Below, one piece after another: positions 11,110 through 24,289 of a stretch of 64,000 bases of DNA (positions are counted from its first letter, which is position 1; each line of letters begins with the position of its first letter). The notes beneath the pieces were generated by a model. The model was given only the letters and a program-made list of their open reading frames with translations. It had not been told where the DNA came from and made no database searches. Both the position numbers and the translations under genes were made by a program. Origin of the DNA: Octopus bimaculoides (Eukaryota); the NCBI RefSeq assembly GCF_001194135.2, contig NC_069001.1:21938984-22002983 (forward strand), in the 5' to 3' direction.

Positions 11110-12542
11110 TCCCTTCCTACTTCCCCCGAACAACCTGACCTACTTCTACTCTACTTCCTGTCCTTCACGTAGTCAATATCCTGTTCGCCATGCGGTAGTT
11201 TCCCATTAACTGTTACCCATATACCAACACCAAACCATGACGCCGCGTGAATATCTCCAACCAATTGCAGTCTACCTTAGAGTAATAACAATCAACTTCT
11301 GTCATTCAGTTTCAAAATGGTTGACGACTAGGATCGCGCTTGAAACTAAAGAGTACCAACGACTTTGAATCAAACTCTTTTGATCCATGCATGTAACACC
11401 CAATAAATGGGTTGAGTGCTTTTCTTTCGTTTGTCCACTCACTCGTATACATATTGTAATGAAATGAATAATAACATACGATGGAAAACTGTCAACTCAT
11501 TACATCCGTTAAATATCGAAGTAGGAAAACCGATAATAATAATAATATTAATATTCCTCCAACCACTACTATGTCAACTGACTCTAATACTATGACACAA
11601 CAATACCATGAGTGAGCAAGTGCTGTCAGTTAGTAGATATTATAATATTGGTATCAGTCAGCCTGCTACTAAGAGGGATAGCAGCGGTAACAACTCTGCC
11701 ACAACTACCAATAGTGGCAACGGTACGGATTCTATTAGCTTAAGTTCACTCCATACCGCTCCCTACAACACTACCATTCTCTCCACTAGTTGTAATAACC
11801 AACATGTTGCTGATATACTCAACGCACAGTACTATAACACCTGTACTGCAAATCTTTCCGTTATACCATCTACCGTCGAACCTCTAGAGTGACTAACTGA
11901 AAGCGAAATCTCTTACGACAATGTTCAGTACCAACATTCCCCAACCCTGGGCTCGGGAAATAATCATACTAATATTGATCCTAGTAATATAGACCCCAGT
12001 AACAACCATGCAAACACCAGTTGCTCTTGCGAGATTTAACTATTACGCTATAATAAAGTTGGGTCACGTACTCGTAATATTAAATTTCAGGTCTTAGAAA
12101 ATATTGGATGCAATTGTTTAGGCAAAATATCATGATCGCTTTCTCGTCGATGTCTAGCAGTAAATGTGGTTTACAAATGTGATGTTGTAACGGAGACCAA
12201 TACTTGTATCGTTGCTGCGTAAATCGCAAGGAGCGCTTACTTAACCACTACCCTTCCTTTAAATTAAGATATAGGGCTGGCAGGACTTCTCTAGCCACGA
12301 AGATTTGGGAGCTCAAGGACAACAATGTTAAATTTGATTTGTGTTGGGACATCATGAGGGTCGCTTAACCGTACTCAAACAGCAGATACGTGTGCAGGTT
12401 TTGCTGCATGGAGCTCTTTGAAAATTTAAAGTGAGCAAATAGTGAAAATCTACTAAATAATAAACTAGACATTCATCTTGCCTGTATACATAAGTCTACT
12501 CGCAGGTTTAAATATTTTAAGGATATTAAACAACCTCTATAA
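11110..12542 (+). mobile_element. Naiad-like Penelope element 3' part: hammerhead-bearing segment, T/S/N-rich linker and GIY-YIG endonuclease (pseudogenised)
   Basis: 12106-12542 translates, with one frameshift, to GCNCLGKIS*SLSRRCLAVNVVYKC...KERLLNHYPSF...TSLATKIWELKDNNVKFDLCWDIM...CRFCCME...LLNNKLDIHLACIHK. This is a PLE GIY-YIG domain with a CxCx5Cx5C linker. Naiad assignment is from memory of the family. Confidence 0.8.
11318..11358 (+). ncRNA. Minimal type I hammerhead-like motif (C3>U variant)
   Basis: tgg-TTGACGA-ctaggatcgcgctt-GAAACT-aaag-AGTA-cca; 3-bp stems I and III; same stem III design as 33623-33662. Confidence 0.45.
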
Positions 12543-14027
12543 TAGCACCTAACCTAGGGCCAATCGAATTCATTCCCACTTCTGTTGAACTAATAGTTGA
12601 GCGATCTGCCTATTTGTTTTCGAGCGCTTCTAGTCTCATTTCCTTTTAACATTACTTTCTAACCGCTCTTACTATACTTGCATGGTATGCTATATTGAAG
12701 GAACTGACCATTCTATCTATGGTGTACCCAGTATTATGCAATAGTAATAGCAAAGATATCTATCCTAAAAGCACCAGCTTGTACTGCGCTTGTTAGATAA
12801 TAGATAGAACATACTATCCAAATCCCTTACCCGCGACTACTGTCTTGAGTTACTTTACCTGATTCACACATTGGTGATTATACTATCTAATTAAATAAAA
12901 TCAACGGCAGCTGTATAACATTCCATATTGGTAATCATTAAACTACTCCCTACTGCTGGCTTTCTTTGATATCTGATCTGGTATTTCCTCTAATTTCGTA
13001 CTAGGTGTAGTTTATTATGATAATCCCATCCTTTTTAAAACTCCTTTATGGTAAGTAGTACTCTACTATTACTACCAGCTTTTCCTTCTCCAGGAAAACA
13101 TGTCCTAATATTGCAAGTGGTCCCCACTAACCCATACACATTTTCGTGTCTAAAACAACACTCTACATATTTCCTCGTCACTCTTAACACTACAATTCCA
13201 TAAAAGATCTTATTATTCGATTGCTTTCGTACCCTCCCCCAACTTTCAACCAATATGCACAAAATACCCTAAATTCTGTGTATCTCTGCCCTCCTTCCTT
13301 TGTCGTTTAGCCTTAGCTAGCAAACCCTGAACCCCGACCCTATGCCTAATTGGCTTCTATGCATTTATTTTTCTTCACCCTTACTTTTGATTTCTTTATA
13401 TTCTTTCTTTCTTTATCCTTAATTTATATATTTATATTAAGACCTCTCCTTTCTACCCACTGAATCAAATCTACTACAATCAAATATCACCTACACCTCA
13501 CTCGGGTTGTTGACCTTAGGTATCATAATAAATACTTTCAAGAACTCAACGGCCAAATTTGTTGGTCATTCTTCCATTTCATAGTTAGTTCGGACAGCCT
13601 TAAGCCATATCCCTGCTGTATTCTTAGCATATTCTTTTGTTTGTAAAATTAAGTTTCATCTTATGATTACGGATTTTTGTAATGGAGTAATGTTTATCAT
13701 TCTTCTATTGAAAATATGCGTAACAAACAGGTACAATGAGCCGACAATTATCCAACGTATGATATTATTCATTTGATTATAACACACCAAGGGGATTTGC
13801 GACTTGTCGGACACCCTAGAGTATACCAACAACGTGCTATTCAAAGTAACACGTGCTTTGGACCGTCCCCTAGGCGTTAATTACTCATAGGTTTAGTTTT
13901 CTCTGTGCACACAACCGAAATATCCTATTTGATACTAACCAATCATAGGCCAGAACCACAAATTTACTCAACCCTACCACGTGCATATCTTTTCAAATAT
14001 CTGTTTCTATCTGAATCCTTATTTTGC

Positions 14028-14142
<115 letters not shown>

Positions 14143-14985
14143 ACGCACTAGTAGAAATAGCCGGCGTTGCCCGGGTTATAAATTTATTAATATATAATTA
14201 GAATGTTCTTTTACCTCGATACTCCATTATTAATACCAGTACATACCAATTAATCAATATTCACAGATACCATCTGATGAGTTAGTATTTAAGTGTACAA
14301 TATGTATAAATATTAAACTATTTCTTTTCCTCCCTCTATTCTGGTAAAAGTTTGGTATATACTCAAATGTATTCAAAATTTCAATGCTTTTGTTAAAATA
14401 TTCTTCTTAATAACCCTCTTAACTGTATACAATATAGTAACATTCTTTAAAACATTTAACTATAACACTACCTAAGACCTCCCCTGTTTATTGTCAATGG
14501 CCTTCTAGTGGGCGACCCCCTTAGTTGTCAGCTAACATCTTGTTTGAAGCTTTCCTTTACCAAACCTCATGATATTGCTTCTAATAAATCATGATTTTCA
14601 TGACAATACCAACTATGATTTCTGTCTGCTCCCTCAGCCCTACCCATAACAGATACTGTCCTTATTCTCTCAGCCTTATACAAGGATTTGATAAATTAGT
14701 CTATCAATTAAAACTGTGCCAGGCAGAGTCTTCTTGATAATATAGTAACTTCTATGCTGAAGTGAAGACAATATGTTCTTTGTCTATCTCCTTAACTGCT
14801 TGGAAATATTAGGTATAATTATACTAATGTATCCATCTGTTCAAATTTAATTAAATTCTATGTCTTTGTGCAGCTGAGGATTGCCCTGCATTTTGAAATG
14901 ACGTAATGATTGCATTCTTCAATTGAATGGAGTTGCATGAAACAATCATACTGAAGTACCTGTGGATATCCTTGCTTATATATAT
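14143..14985 (+). mobile_element. Helitron-like non-autonomous element (right boundary uncertain)
   Basis: Begins 'actagtagaaatagccggcgttgcccggg' directly after a microsatellite, resembling Lep1/Helitron ends. Confidence 0.4.
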
Positions 14986-16039
14986 ATATATATNNNNNNN
15001 NNNNNNNNNNNNNNNNNNNNNNNNNNNNNNNNNNNNNNNNNNNNNNNNNNNNNNNNNNNNNNNNNNNNNNNNNNNNNNNNNNNNNNNNNNNNNNNNNNNN
15101 NNNNNNNNNNNNNNNNNNNNNNNNNNNNNNNNNNNNNNNNNNNNNNNNNNNNNNNNNNNNNNNNNNNNNNNNNNNNNNNNNNNNNNNNNNNNNNNNNNNN
15201 NNNNNNNNNNNNNNNNNNNNNNNNNNNNNNNNNNNNNNNNNNNNNNNNNNNNNNNNNNNNNNNNNNNNNNNNNNNNNNNNNNNNNNNNNNNNNNNNNNNN
15301 NNNNNNNNNNNNNNNNNNNNNNNNNNNNNNNNNNNNNNNNNNNNNNNNNNNNNNNNNNNNNNNNNNNNNNNNNNNNNNNNNNNNNNNNNNNNNNNNNNNN
15401 NNNNNNNNNNNNNNNNNNNNNNNNNNNNNNNNNNNNNNNNNNNNNNNNNNNNNNNNNNNNNNNNNNNNNNNNNNNNNNNNNNNNNNNNNNNNNNNNNNNN
15501 NNNNNNNNNNNNNNNNNNNNNNNNNNNNNNNNNNNNNNNNNNNNNNNNNNNNNNNNNNNNNNNNNNNNNNNNNNNNNNNNNNNNNNNNNNNNNNNNNNNN
15601 NNNNNNNNNNNNNNNNNNNNNNNNNNNNNNNNNNNNNNNNNNNNNNNNNNNNNNNNNNNNNNNNNNNNNNNNNNNNNNNNNNNNNNNNNNNNNNNNNNNN
15701 NNNNNNNNNNNNNNNNNNNNNNNNNNNNNNNNNNNNNNNNNNNNNNNNNNNNNNNNNNNNNNNNNNNNNNNNNNNNNNNNNNNNNNNNNNNNNNNNNNNN
15801 NNNNNNNNNNNNNNNNNNNNNNNNNNNNNNNNNNNNNNNNNNNNNNNNNNNNNNNNNNNNNNNNNNNNNNNNNNNNNNNNNNNNNNNNNNNNNNNNNNNN
15901 NNNNNNNNNNNTATATATATATATATATATGTATGTATATATATATATATACATATATATATACGCATACATAAACAAATGTATACACACATACATACAC
16001 ATACATTCATATACATTCACATACACACATATATAAGTC

Positions 16040-17245
16040 TCAGTGTTGCTAGTTTAGAGACTTTAGACTTGGTCGATATTCTCTTATGAGATGCATTTCC
16101 TTGCTAATGCGTTCGTTTTGGCTAGCATTGTCTTTGAATTTGTATAAAGGAAACGTGAATTTGAGAAATTTGTTGGATGTACATTCATCGATGTGGTGGC
16201 TGAGAAGTATTTTCCTGTATTCCAAAATTATAATTTGAGACTTGTGCACCTCCATCCTCTGACGTAAGCTGTTTTTTGTGTGTCCAATATATTGCCGTTT
16301 ACATCCCGAGCAGTAATTAAGTAAGTCAAATTCTCCGATGTACATGTAAAATTAGTTTCTATGGTGAAATTATGGCCTTGTTCTAATCGATGTTCCGATC
16401 CTTCTATTACGTTGACACAAACCCACAGTTGGGTCTCCCGCATTTTTTTACTGTAGGTTTAGTGGTTATTGTTGAGTGTAATTTGGCCTGGGTTGAAATC
16501 TTTTCCTTGATTTTGGTTGTCTCTTACTTTTGAAGATTGCATGTGTTTTGAGGATTTGATTCATCTTTGAGGAGAGCCTTGCTGTGAAGTATTGTGTTGA
16601 GGGCTTCATTGTTATGTGGGTTGTGAATGGAAATGTAAGGCAGGGTTTTCAATTATTCCTCCTTCTTTGGTCTTGGTTGTCTAAGTTCTTGTGTATTTAC
16701 TTAAGTACCCGTTGGATCGTATTGTTGATTAAGGGTTGTGGGTAATTTCTATTGATGAGTGTGGTCTTCAATTCCAGGAGTCGTGTGTAGCGGGTGTTTG
16801 TGTCTGAAATTATTGTGCATATTCTTTTGGCTAAACAAAATGGGATATTCATCCTGGCGGGTTTTTAATGCGAGAGGGGATTTCATAGGTGTAATTGTCT
16901 TACCAGAATGTGATGGCTTCTATTCCTAGGGTGTAGGAGATATTTGAATATAGGTTGACTACGTCGAAGGATACTAGCAGTGTTTTCTCATTAACCGGTT
17001 TTGGGAGGTTGTTGAGTATGTCCAGATCATCACTTAGATAGCTCTTTATGTGTTTGGGGAAGGGTTTCAGTAGAGTGTCCAGGAAGTTGCTGAGGTGGTG
17101 GGTTTCGCATGATGGACCTGCTATTATTGGTCTCAGTTTCCCGTCATTAGGTGAGGAGACCTTGAAGATTATGTCTGTAGCTTCTTTGCATGCCTCGCTT
17201 ATGAATCTGCTTTTGCGGATCTTGGGGATACCGTAGAATAAACTA
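16040..17245 (-). mobile_element. Penelope-like element with internal deletion: RT N-half plus thumb and GIY-YIG
   Basis: Minus strand: FYGIPKIRK...LRPIIAGPSCETHHLSNFLD...SFDVVNLYSNI (RT), joined near 16860 to NIPFCLAKRICTIISD (thumb). Then FTCTSENLTYLI/CSGCKRQYIGHTKNSLRQRMEVH...KEMHLIREYRPSL (GIY-YIG). Confidence 0.9.
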
Positions 17246-17573
17246 ATTTACATAAACAGATAGTAGTAAGTTGCGATCACAGACAGTTCAACTTACCATG
17301 CCACCAAAACTAACGGAAATTACTACGTGCTCTTGCAGGAAAAAGGAAAGTAAACTATGAATGTTAATCTTGATTTTGATTTTAATTTTATTTTATTAAT
17401 ATCTCTTTTCTCTCTGCATATTCCATTTTAGTACATATTTTTGATAAGGTTTTTCGAAAACCGAAACATGTAAATGTATTTATATACAGGAAAATTAAAA
17501 TGTACCCAATTTTAAGAAAGTAGCCATTTCGTTCTTGTTTCTCATGAATATATATACATACATATATATATAC

Positions 17574-17676
<103 letters not shown>

Positions 17677-19499
17677 AATCCAGAACAGCTAGCCGTTAGT
17701 CTCACGTGTTTATGGCTTAGTATCATGTAATATGTTCCTGTATTCCTAATAGTTTTACGTGCTTATATAGGTGGAAGGAGATAAAGGTATCCTTTCAACA
17801 TGTCAACCTTAACCTATCACTTCTTACTAGTTTTTAGCTCCATACATTGGGGACACATCACATAAAATGGCTGGTACCATATCACTTGTCCAGTTTTCAA
17901 CCCACGACCTCAGGATCCTAAGTCGTTGTCCCTAAATCTCTATTATGCTTTCAAAAATACTTAAGCACACGCACATGCACACAGACACAGACACACGCAC
18001 GCACAGAGAAGCATTCACATAAATTCACATCTATACATACATCTGTACATACCTAGATACATCAATATACACATATATATGCATATACAAGCATATGCAC
18101 ACCTACCTGTAGCTATATTTATGTATGTGTGTGTCAATGTGATAGTTTTTCGTGTGTTTTCATTGTTTGGAAGGGGAAACATTTAAGTGGAAATTTATTC
18201 TCACATGTTAGTATATCAATTATATAGAAGACATATTATCCTCCTCTCTATTTACTTTAGTTGTAACGATAATATTTGTATCCGACCTCTTTTGACAATA
18301 TCATGTCTCACTGGTGCAAAACATTTTAGTGGTACATTAATTTTATTGTATTGGCAATAATTGAGTACGAGAGAAAAAGAAAGAGAGAGAAAGAGGGAGA
18401 GAGAGAAGAACAAATTGACAATGTCAACTAGATAGGAACATTTTATGAAAATTAATGTTGTTTTTAATTCGTTGTAGTTCTGATAGAATGGAGAGGCGAA
18501 AGAATATTCTCATGCAGATACGGTAAAACGATTCCACTATATTCATTGCCAACGGTGGTACGAAGCCGTTCTTCAAAAGTGCTGTTTTTACTTATTTGTT
18601 ATTATTTATTTTTACGTTGTTTTATTCTGTATGTCTATGTGGCCCCAGAGAAGAGATCGATAAACTCAACCGTGTTCTTTTTTCTCAACTGGCATCTTCA
18701 GAGATCTTCAACCACATCCAACACCATACACTTGATATGCGTTCGATTTGGGTTTCTGTCTAAGTATAAAACATTTTCTTTTTCTTCAATTTCTTTTCAC
18801 AAGAGACGAAACTTGCTTGAAATTCATTCCTATATTGTATAGAATATAGACAGACGCATGGACACCCGAATATATGTATGTGTGTACATGCATATGTGTG
18901 CCTATATAAACTCATACATACACACGCTCACAGAGACGCACATATATATAAAGTTATACGCGAATTTTAACATTAAGTAGTTATTTCTTAAATTTGAATT
19001 GTACTAAAATACTAACCCACCCATATATACACATGCATACATACATACATACATACATACATACACGCACACATACATACATACATATATACATACATAA
19101 TTCATACATACATACACACATACATGCACGCACACACACAGACACACAGACACACACACACACATATACATAAGTAATTAAAAATATACTTATTAGACGC
19201 TAAATGCATAAACTTTATCTGAATACTTTTTCTATCCTATCTCCGCCATATTATGCCGGTTACTAAGGCAATAAAGATAGCCTCATACTGGCTGTGGATT
19301 AGGAGACGTAAGTTTCAAACCTAAGCACCCCTTATTCTTGTAACCACTACTCCTGTTACTGTTAACAAACACAATCTGGGGTTCTGTCATCTCTGGCTGT
19401 GTTGTATGTCTGAAAATGTCTGATTGTTGTAGGCTTCGAGACACCAAAATAAAATAAGTGGCTTGTGCCCATATGCATCCCAAGATGATTTATCAAAAG

Positions 19500-20880
19500 A
19501 ATATTCTTCTGTCTGCAATGAAAGCTGCTGTCAGGAAGAGACTGAGTGTTTAGCAAATGTTAAACTTCAGATACATTAAACAAATGATGGGAGGCATTAA
19601 GGGTTGCCAGATAAGCCTGCAACTTTAGTATAGAAGAACAGGCAGCAAGCTATAGAACGACATAAAGAGACATAACGTGAGAAATTCTCGAGAATAAACA
19701 TGGATGAAAATCCAAAACAGACAGATCAACAGATGATGACTAATAGCATCAGAAAATAAAGAAAAAACAGTGTAAAAACATATTCGTAAGTGAAGAAACT
19801 GTGTGGACACAAAATTCACCGAGCAAAATTGAAATACGTGGACAGGCAACAGTTTCCACAATAGTCAGTAGTCCAATTTGAGGGGAGCAGAGAAAGGAAT
19901 AGGCTCTGACTCAACTAATTGTTCTCGGAAATATTTGGTGTCTCAAAACTCAGAGCAAGAGAACTTGGACCTAAACTAAATAGAAGGAATCTTGGATTCA
20001 GCAGACAAAGGGGATGCTGAACATCTCTTTAAAACAATGACCACTCTTATATTCAATTTAGCAGCGGTTAGCTCCCCTGCTCTGCAGATGAAATGAACAT
20101 TTCCTGAGCTCCAAATTCATGGAGTACACATGGACTAGAACATAGGTCAGTGAAATTTCAGAGATGGTTGGCGAACTGGTAGATCCAGCTTCAGCTTTGG
20201 CACTAATTGCAATATTTTCCTGTGTCTTAATTCTGAACAAATGTGGTACACAAATCTGCAGCACCTTAATGTGATACAGAGTAGAGTCAAGAACGTGGCT
20301 CTGTATTCGGTATGTGCAAAACTTTATGGATTCGCAGGGACGAAAATTCGGAGACTATCAGTCCGTTTAGAATTTCGTTAATCTGTGACGGATTGAAGAT
20401 ATTCTCTTGCATTGTTGCATTGTGCAGCTGAAATATGACCTCTTGAGGAATCCTTATCGCAATACTTCGGGTTACAATGAGTATATTAAAAGAAAAATGA
20501 GTGCTTTGAATATTAGGAGGGTCGTTTAATTAACAGAGAAAATTTGAAAGAACAAAAGATAACTCGTAGTGTTGTGACAGGCCCTTCCAAATACACATGG
20601 GCCCGCATCCCATAGTCTGATTGAAGAGGATTTGTAAAAGCACTATGTTCCAAAGTGACTCAGGGATCTCATTCTGGACTGAGACAGGCAATGTTCGTTT
20701 GAGAGTCTGCTGCTTCTATAATACCAGAGTGATACAAGCTTATGAACGGTATTATTTATGTATGTAGCATTGTAACGATTCCTTTCACGTTTGCTACAAG
20801 CATCTAAGTAAATTCCACTGAAATGCAGTACATAGGTTAGCTCATTATGCCTGATGTCTGATAGCCACAACCAAATTCGG
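19500..20880 (+). mobile_element. Highly degenerate retroelement-like sequence, possibly PLE N-terminal/RT region
   Basis: Only fragmentary motifs (ERHKET*REKFSRI, ELGPK, KLYGF) among many stop codons. Confidence 0.25.
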
Positions 20881-21770
20881 CAGAATGAGTATTAATGCAT
20901 AACTGAGCAGTTGTATCGACTGGTATCCCGTTAATTATGGATAATATGTTGTAGAGTTGTTAGAGGTACGGTTTGAAAATTTTGAATGATTGACAGCAAA
21001 TTTTATAAGTACAATAAACGAACGATATCTATTACTTTGAATCGTAAAATTTTAGTATATATTCTCTATGGTTTTATAGGCAACTGCGTTTTACTTTGAA
21101 GTAGTTTCACTATTTTCCAGACATGATATCAACAATGAATCCATATTGACGTGACTGGAAAGCCATTATGTAAAACTTGCTCTTCACGTTTAATCTAATC
21201 TCATTTTTAATGTGAATGATTATGTCGTTAGGATCAAACGTTTTATGGAAACAAATCTCATTTGACTAAATGAACTGAAAATAAAAAAGATAAAAATACA
21301 TATTGTTAATTAAAAAATTTAACACGTAATATCTTTCGACTACAATGGTCATAAAGGTAAGCTCGATAATATTTCTTAGTTGGGCGAGTTTAATTTCAGA
21401 AGAAACTCAAACATTTTTAGTTAAAGAGGTATATTTTTAGCTCGTGATTTAAATAAAATTGGGGAAGAAGCTTAACATGTTTACGATAGTCCAGATGATA
21501 ATTTTTAAGCGTAATTCCATCACAATGGTTGTCTTCTTTATCATTGTGTCCTTCACTATATATAAACATCATTTTTCTCAAAATTTAATCCACGCTTTTG
21601 TCAATATGATTTGGCCATTGTGACAACAATTATGAAGACGATGCATTTTCATATGAGGCTCAAATTATCATACTAGTGAAAATTTATCCACTTTGTAAAA
21701 TTAAGAGACTACAGAAAGCTCTTCATTTCGGGGATTTTGATTTTGTTGTCACAGAAACAATCACCAAAGA

Positions 21771-21992
21771 ATAAACCTTTCTACTAAAGGCACAAGGCCT
21801 CAAATAGCTGTATGTGTGGGGCACTAATCGATTTCATCGACCCTAGTGTTTCACTGGTACGTAATTTATCGACTCCGAAAAGACAAAAGACAAAGACGAC
21901 CGCGGCAGAATTTGAACTCAGAGCGTGCAGACGGACGAAATGCCGCTAAGCATTTTGTCCGGCATGCTAATGATTCTGCCAGCTCATTGCCT
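21771..21992 (-). mobile_element. tRNA-derived SINE family A, full length
   Basis: Reverse complement 'ggcaatgagctggcagaatcattagcatgccggacaaaatgcttagcggcatttcgtcc...ttctgagttcaaattc'. Confidence 0.9.
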
Positions 21993-22929
21993 TAATCACC
22001 AATAAATTATAAAAACTAATGTATTCAATTCGTTGTTTTTTCTGTTGCTTATCTGATTAAAAAATTGTAGAATTCTGCATTTGGTTTTTTCTATGCATTC
22101 ATTCTTTCAGTCATTCATTCATTTATACACGTAACATTAAATGGAAGAAAAGAAAATACCCGAAAAATATTTGTAGAAAATTCATGAGCTTATTACATAT
22201 TATCTAACAATCATCAGTGTGTAAAATTTTAGGCAGAAATATTCTGTCTATAACATTTTTAACAGCATGCCCGACCCATTGCTGTTGTATTGTGTCAAAC
22301 GGCCTTGATCGACTAGACCTGCATCACAACGAACTTGTATGATCGATAGTTATGCTTTATATAGCAAAATATATCTTACCGCATATTACTTTTGCATTTC
22401 GGATTCTTCATATATATATATATATATATAACGCGTGCTGCGCTCACGTGTGTGTGTGCATGTATGTATGTATGTATTAGTTATTAGGATTCTGTAGAAT
22501 CCAGGAACATCAACACATAGGACAAACACCAGAAATTGTTAGGTACAATAACAGGGGGTTCAGAGTGAGGTAAACAACGTTGAATACATCAAGTTTTGGT
22601 ATGATACAGTAGATATGGACTTACAAAATCCAATTTAAACCGCAGATCCCACTCGAGGGTTGCTTCTTGGTGTGGCGTAGCTATAAAAGAAAAGGTAAAT
22701 TTATGGCAGCTGTTTCGGTAGAATTTTATCAATGTATGTATAGATTACATAATAACATATAATCCACTATTTTCTGGTAAAATTGTTAACCAGTAAGACT
22801 TTATACAGGTGAGATTCCATACCTTAACCCGGACAAATCCAATCTCGTCGGATTTGGAATCTCATTTGTTTGAAATCCAACATATTCATACATATATGCA
22901 TACATACGTGCATTCAGGAACAGGAAATA

Positions 22930-23420
22930 TCAACCAAATACCTGACGCACCAAAGGGGCAGATATGTAGGAAAAGCAGTAAAATATGATAACTGATGCAG
23001 ACTTTGTGGAGTAAACACTGAAGTTATCACCCACATCGTAAGCAGTTGTACGAATATGTCGTCATAGCATTATCTACCGAAGAGACATGATGCTGTAGCT
23101 ACGACAGTGTATAACGAAATCCGTCGAATGGATAACCCTGAGGACATGGAAATAAGAACTCACAGTATGGTGGAAGCCATAGCCCCTCAAAATAAAAAAG
23201 AGCACTGCTGGAATGCCCCAGTGAAAACCTCAATAAAATGTAAACACAATAGACCTAATATAATGATTGGGATAGAGAAGAGAAACTGTGTACAGTTATG
23301 GATACCATCTGCCCAGCGGATGTTAACATAAAGCTGAAGCTCAGTGAAAAAAAGACCTACGCCGAACTATTGAGAAATCTACAGTCACTCTAACCAGATT
23401 TCAATTTCAGGTTTATACCT
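22930..23420 (+). mobile_element. 3' fragment of an RLE-type (R2/R4/NeSL-like) non-LTR retrotransposon
   Basis: From 22996: CRLCGVNTEVITHIVSSC (CCHC knuckle), KRHDAVA, then HNRPNIMI...CPAD..YAELLRNL, matching the PD..(D/E)xK restriction-like endonuclease region. Confidence 0.8.
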
Positions 23421-23439
23421 TTAATTATTGTGGCACTGC

Positions 23440-23925
23440 GATATGTTTTTCTTGGCTTGGTTACGCTGACGAAGATTAGGAAGGCTGTTGTCCACGTCGT
23501 CTGCACGGTCGTTCGGAGCTGATAGGGCCAATGTGGGATCGACATATTCGATTGCAGTGATGACAGCAGTATGGTTGTTCAGGGTCTGATGATGCAGTCG
23601 TGTTGTTTTTCGCCTTAGTCGTTTGTCTTCAAGAGAGGCACTACGAAAGACCTCAAAGGAGGAACAACATCGCTGACGGTGTGACGCCAAGCGACGCGGT
23701 CAGTTGTTAGAGTGGACCACTCACGATAATCAATGTCGCAAACGATAAGAGACTGCTCCAAGAAGTCCTTGGAACGCTTTCCTGACGTATTGCAGTGGAC
23801 GGTGGTGAGCTAACTGTACATGATAATCTTTCATCCTGTCAACGTGCCCTGCCCAACGCAGTTGTGTCTTAAGTAAAATGGCTTCTAGGCTGGGGACATT
23901 TGCTCGCTCGAGGACCTCAGATACT
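23440..23925 (-). mobile_element. RTE-clade LINE 3' end
   Basis: Minus strand: SEVLERANVPSLEAILLKTQLRWAGHVDRM...DRVAWRH...YCCHHCNRICRSHIG, followed by a 'tcttcgtcagcg..accaagccaaga' tail. Confidence 0.85.
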
Positions 23926-24289
23926 ACTTTTGAGACATTAGGTTTCTCAAAATCAGAAAGGAGAAAGCTGATTCGAGGACTACAGATCTGGAACCGTAAA
24001 AGTCTATAAAACTTTCCAGAAATTTATCTGAGTATATGTGAACATGTCTAGATATGCAACTATATGCTTGAGAATATATACATACAGTAAAATATACAAA
24101 TCGACACGTATACATACATACATACATACATACATACATACATGCAAACAAAAATACCCTTTTGCTGATGTTGAAATTACACTGAAAAAGTCTTCAAACT
24201 AGGTTAGAAACCGGCTCTTTCTCTATTGGCAAGAAATTTTAAAATAAAATTGAATAATAAATGACATATATACACACATACATTTATTA

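Noticed and set aside
11608-11892. 94-aa S/T/N-rich ORF as a mucin-like gene
   Set aside because: Lies in the PLE linker directly upstream of the GIY-YIG domain.
12545-13000. SECIS element for the TGA at 12133
   Set aside because: No AUGA/GA quartet with an 11-13 bp helix and apical AA was found by eye; needs SECISearch3.
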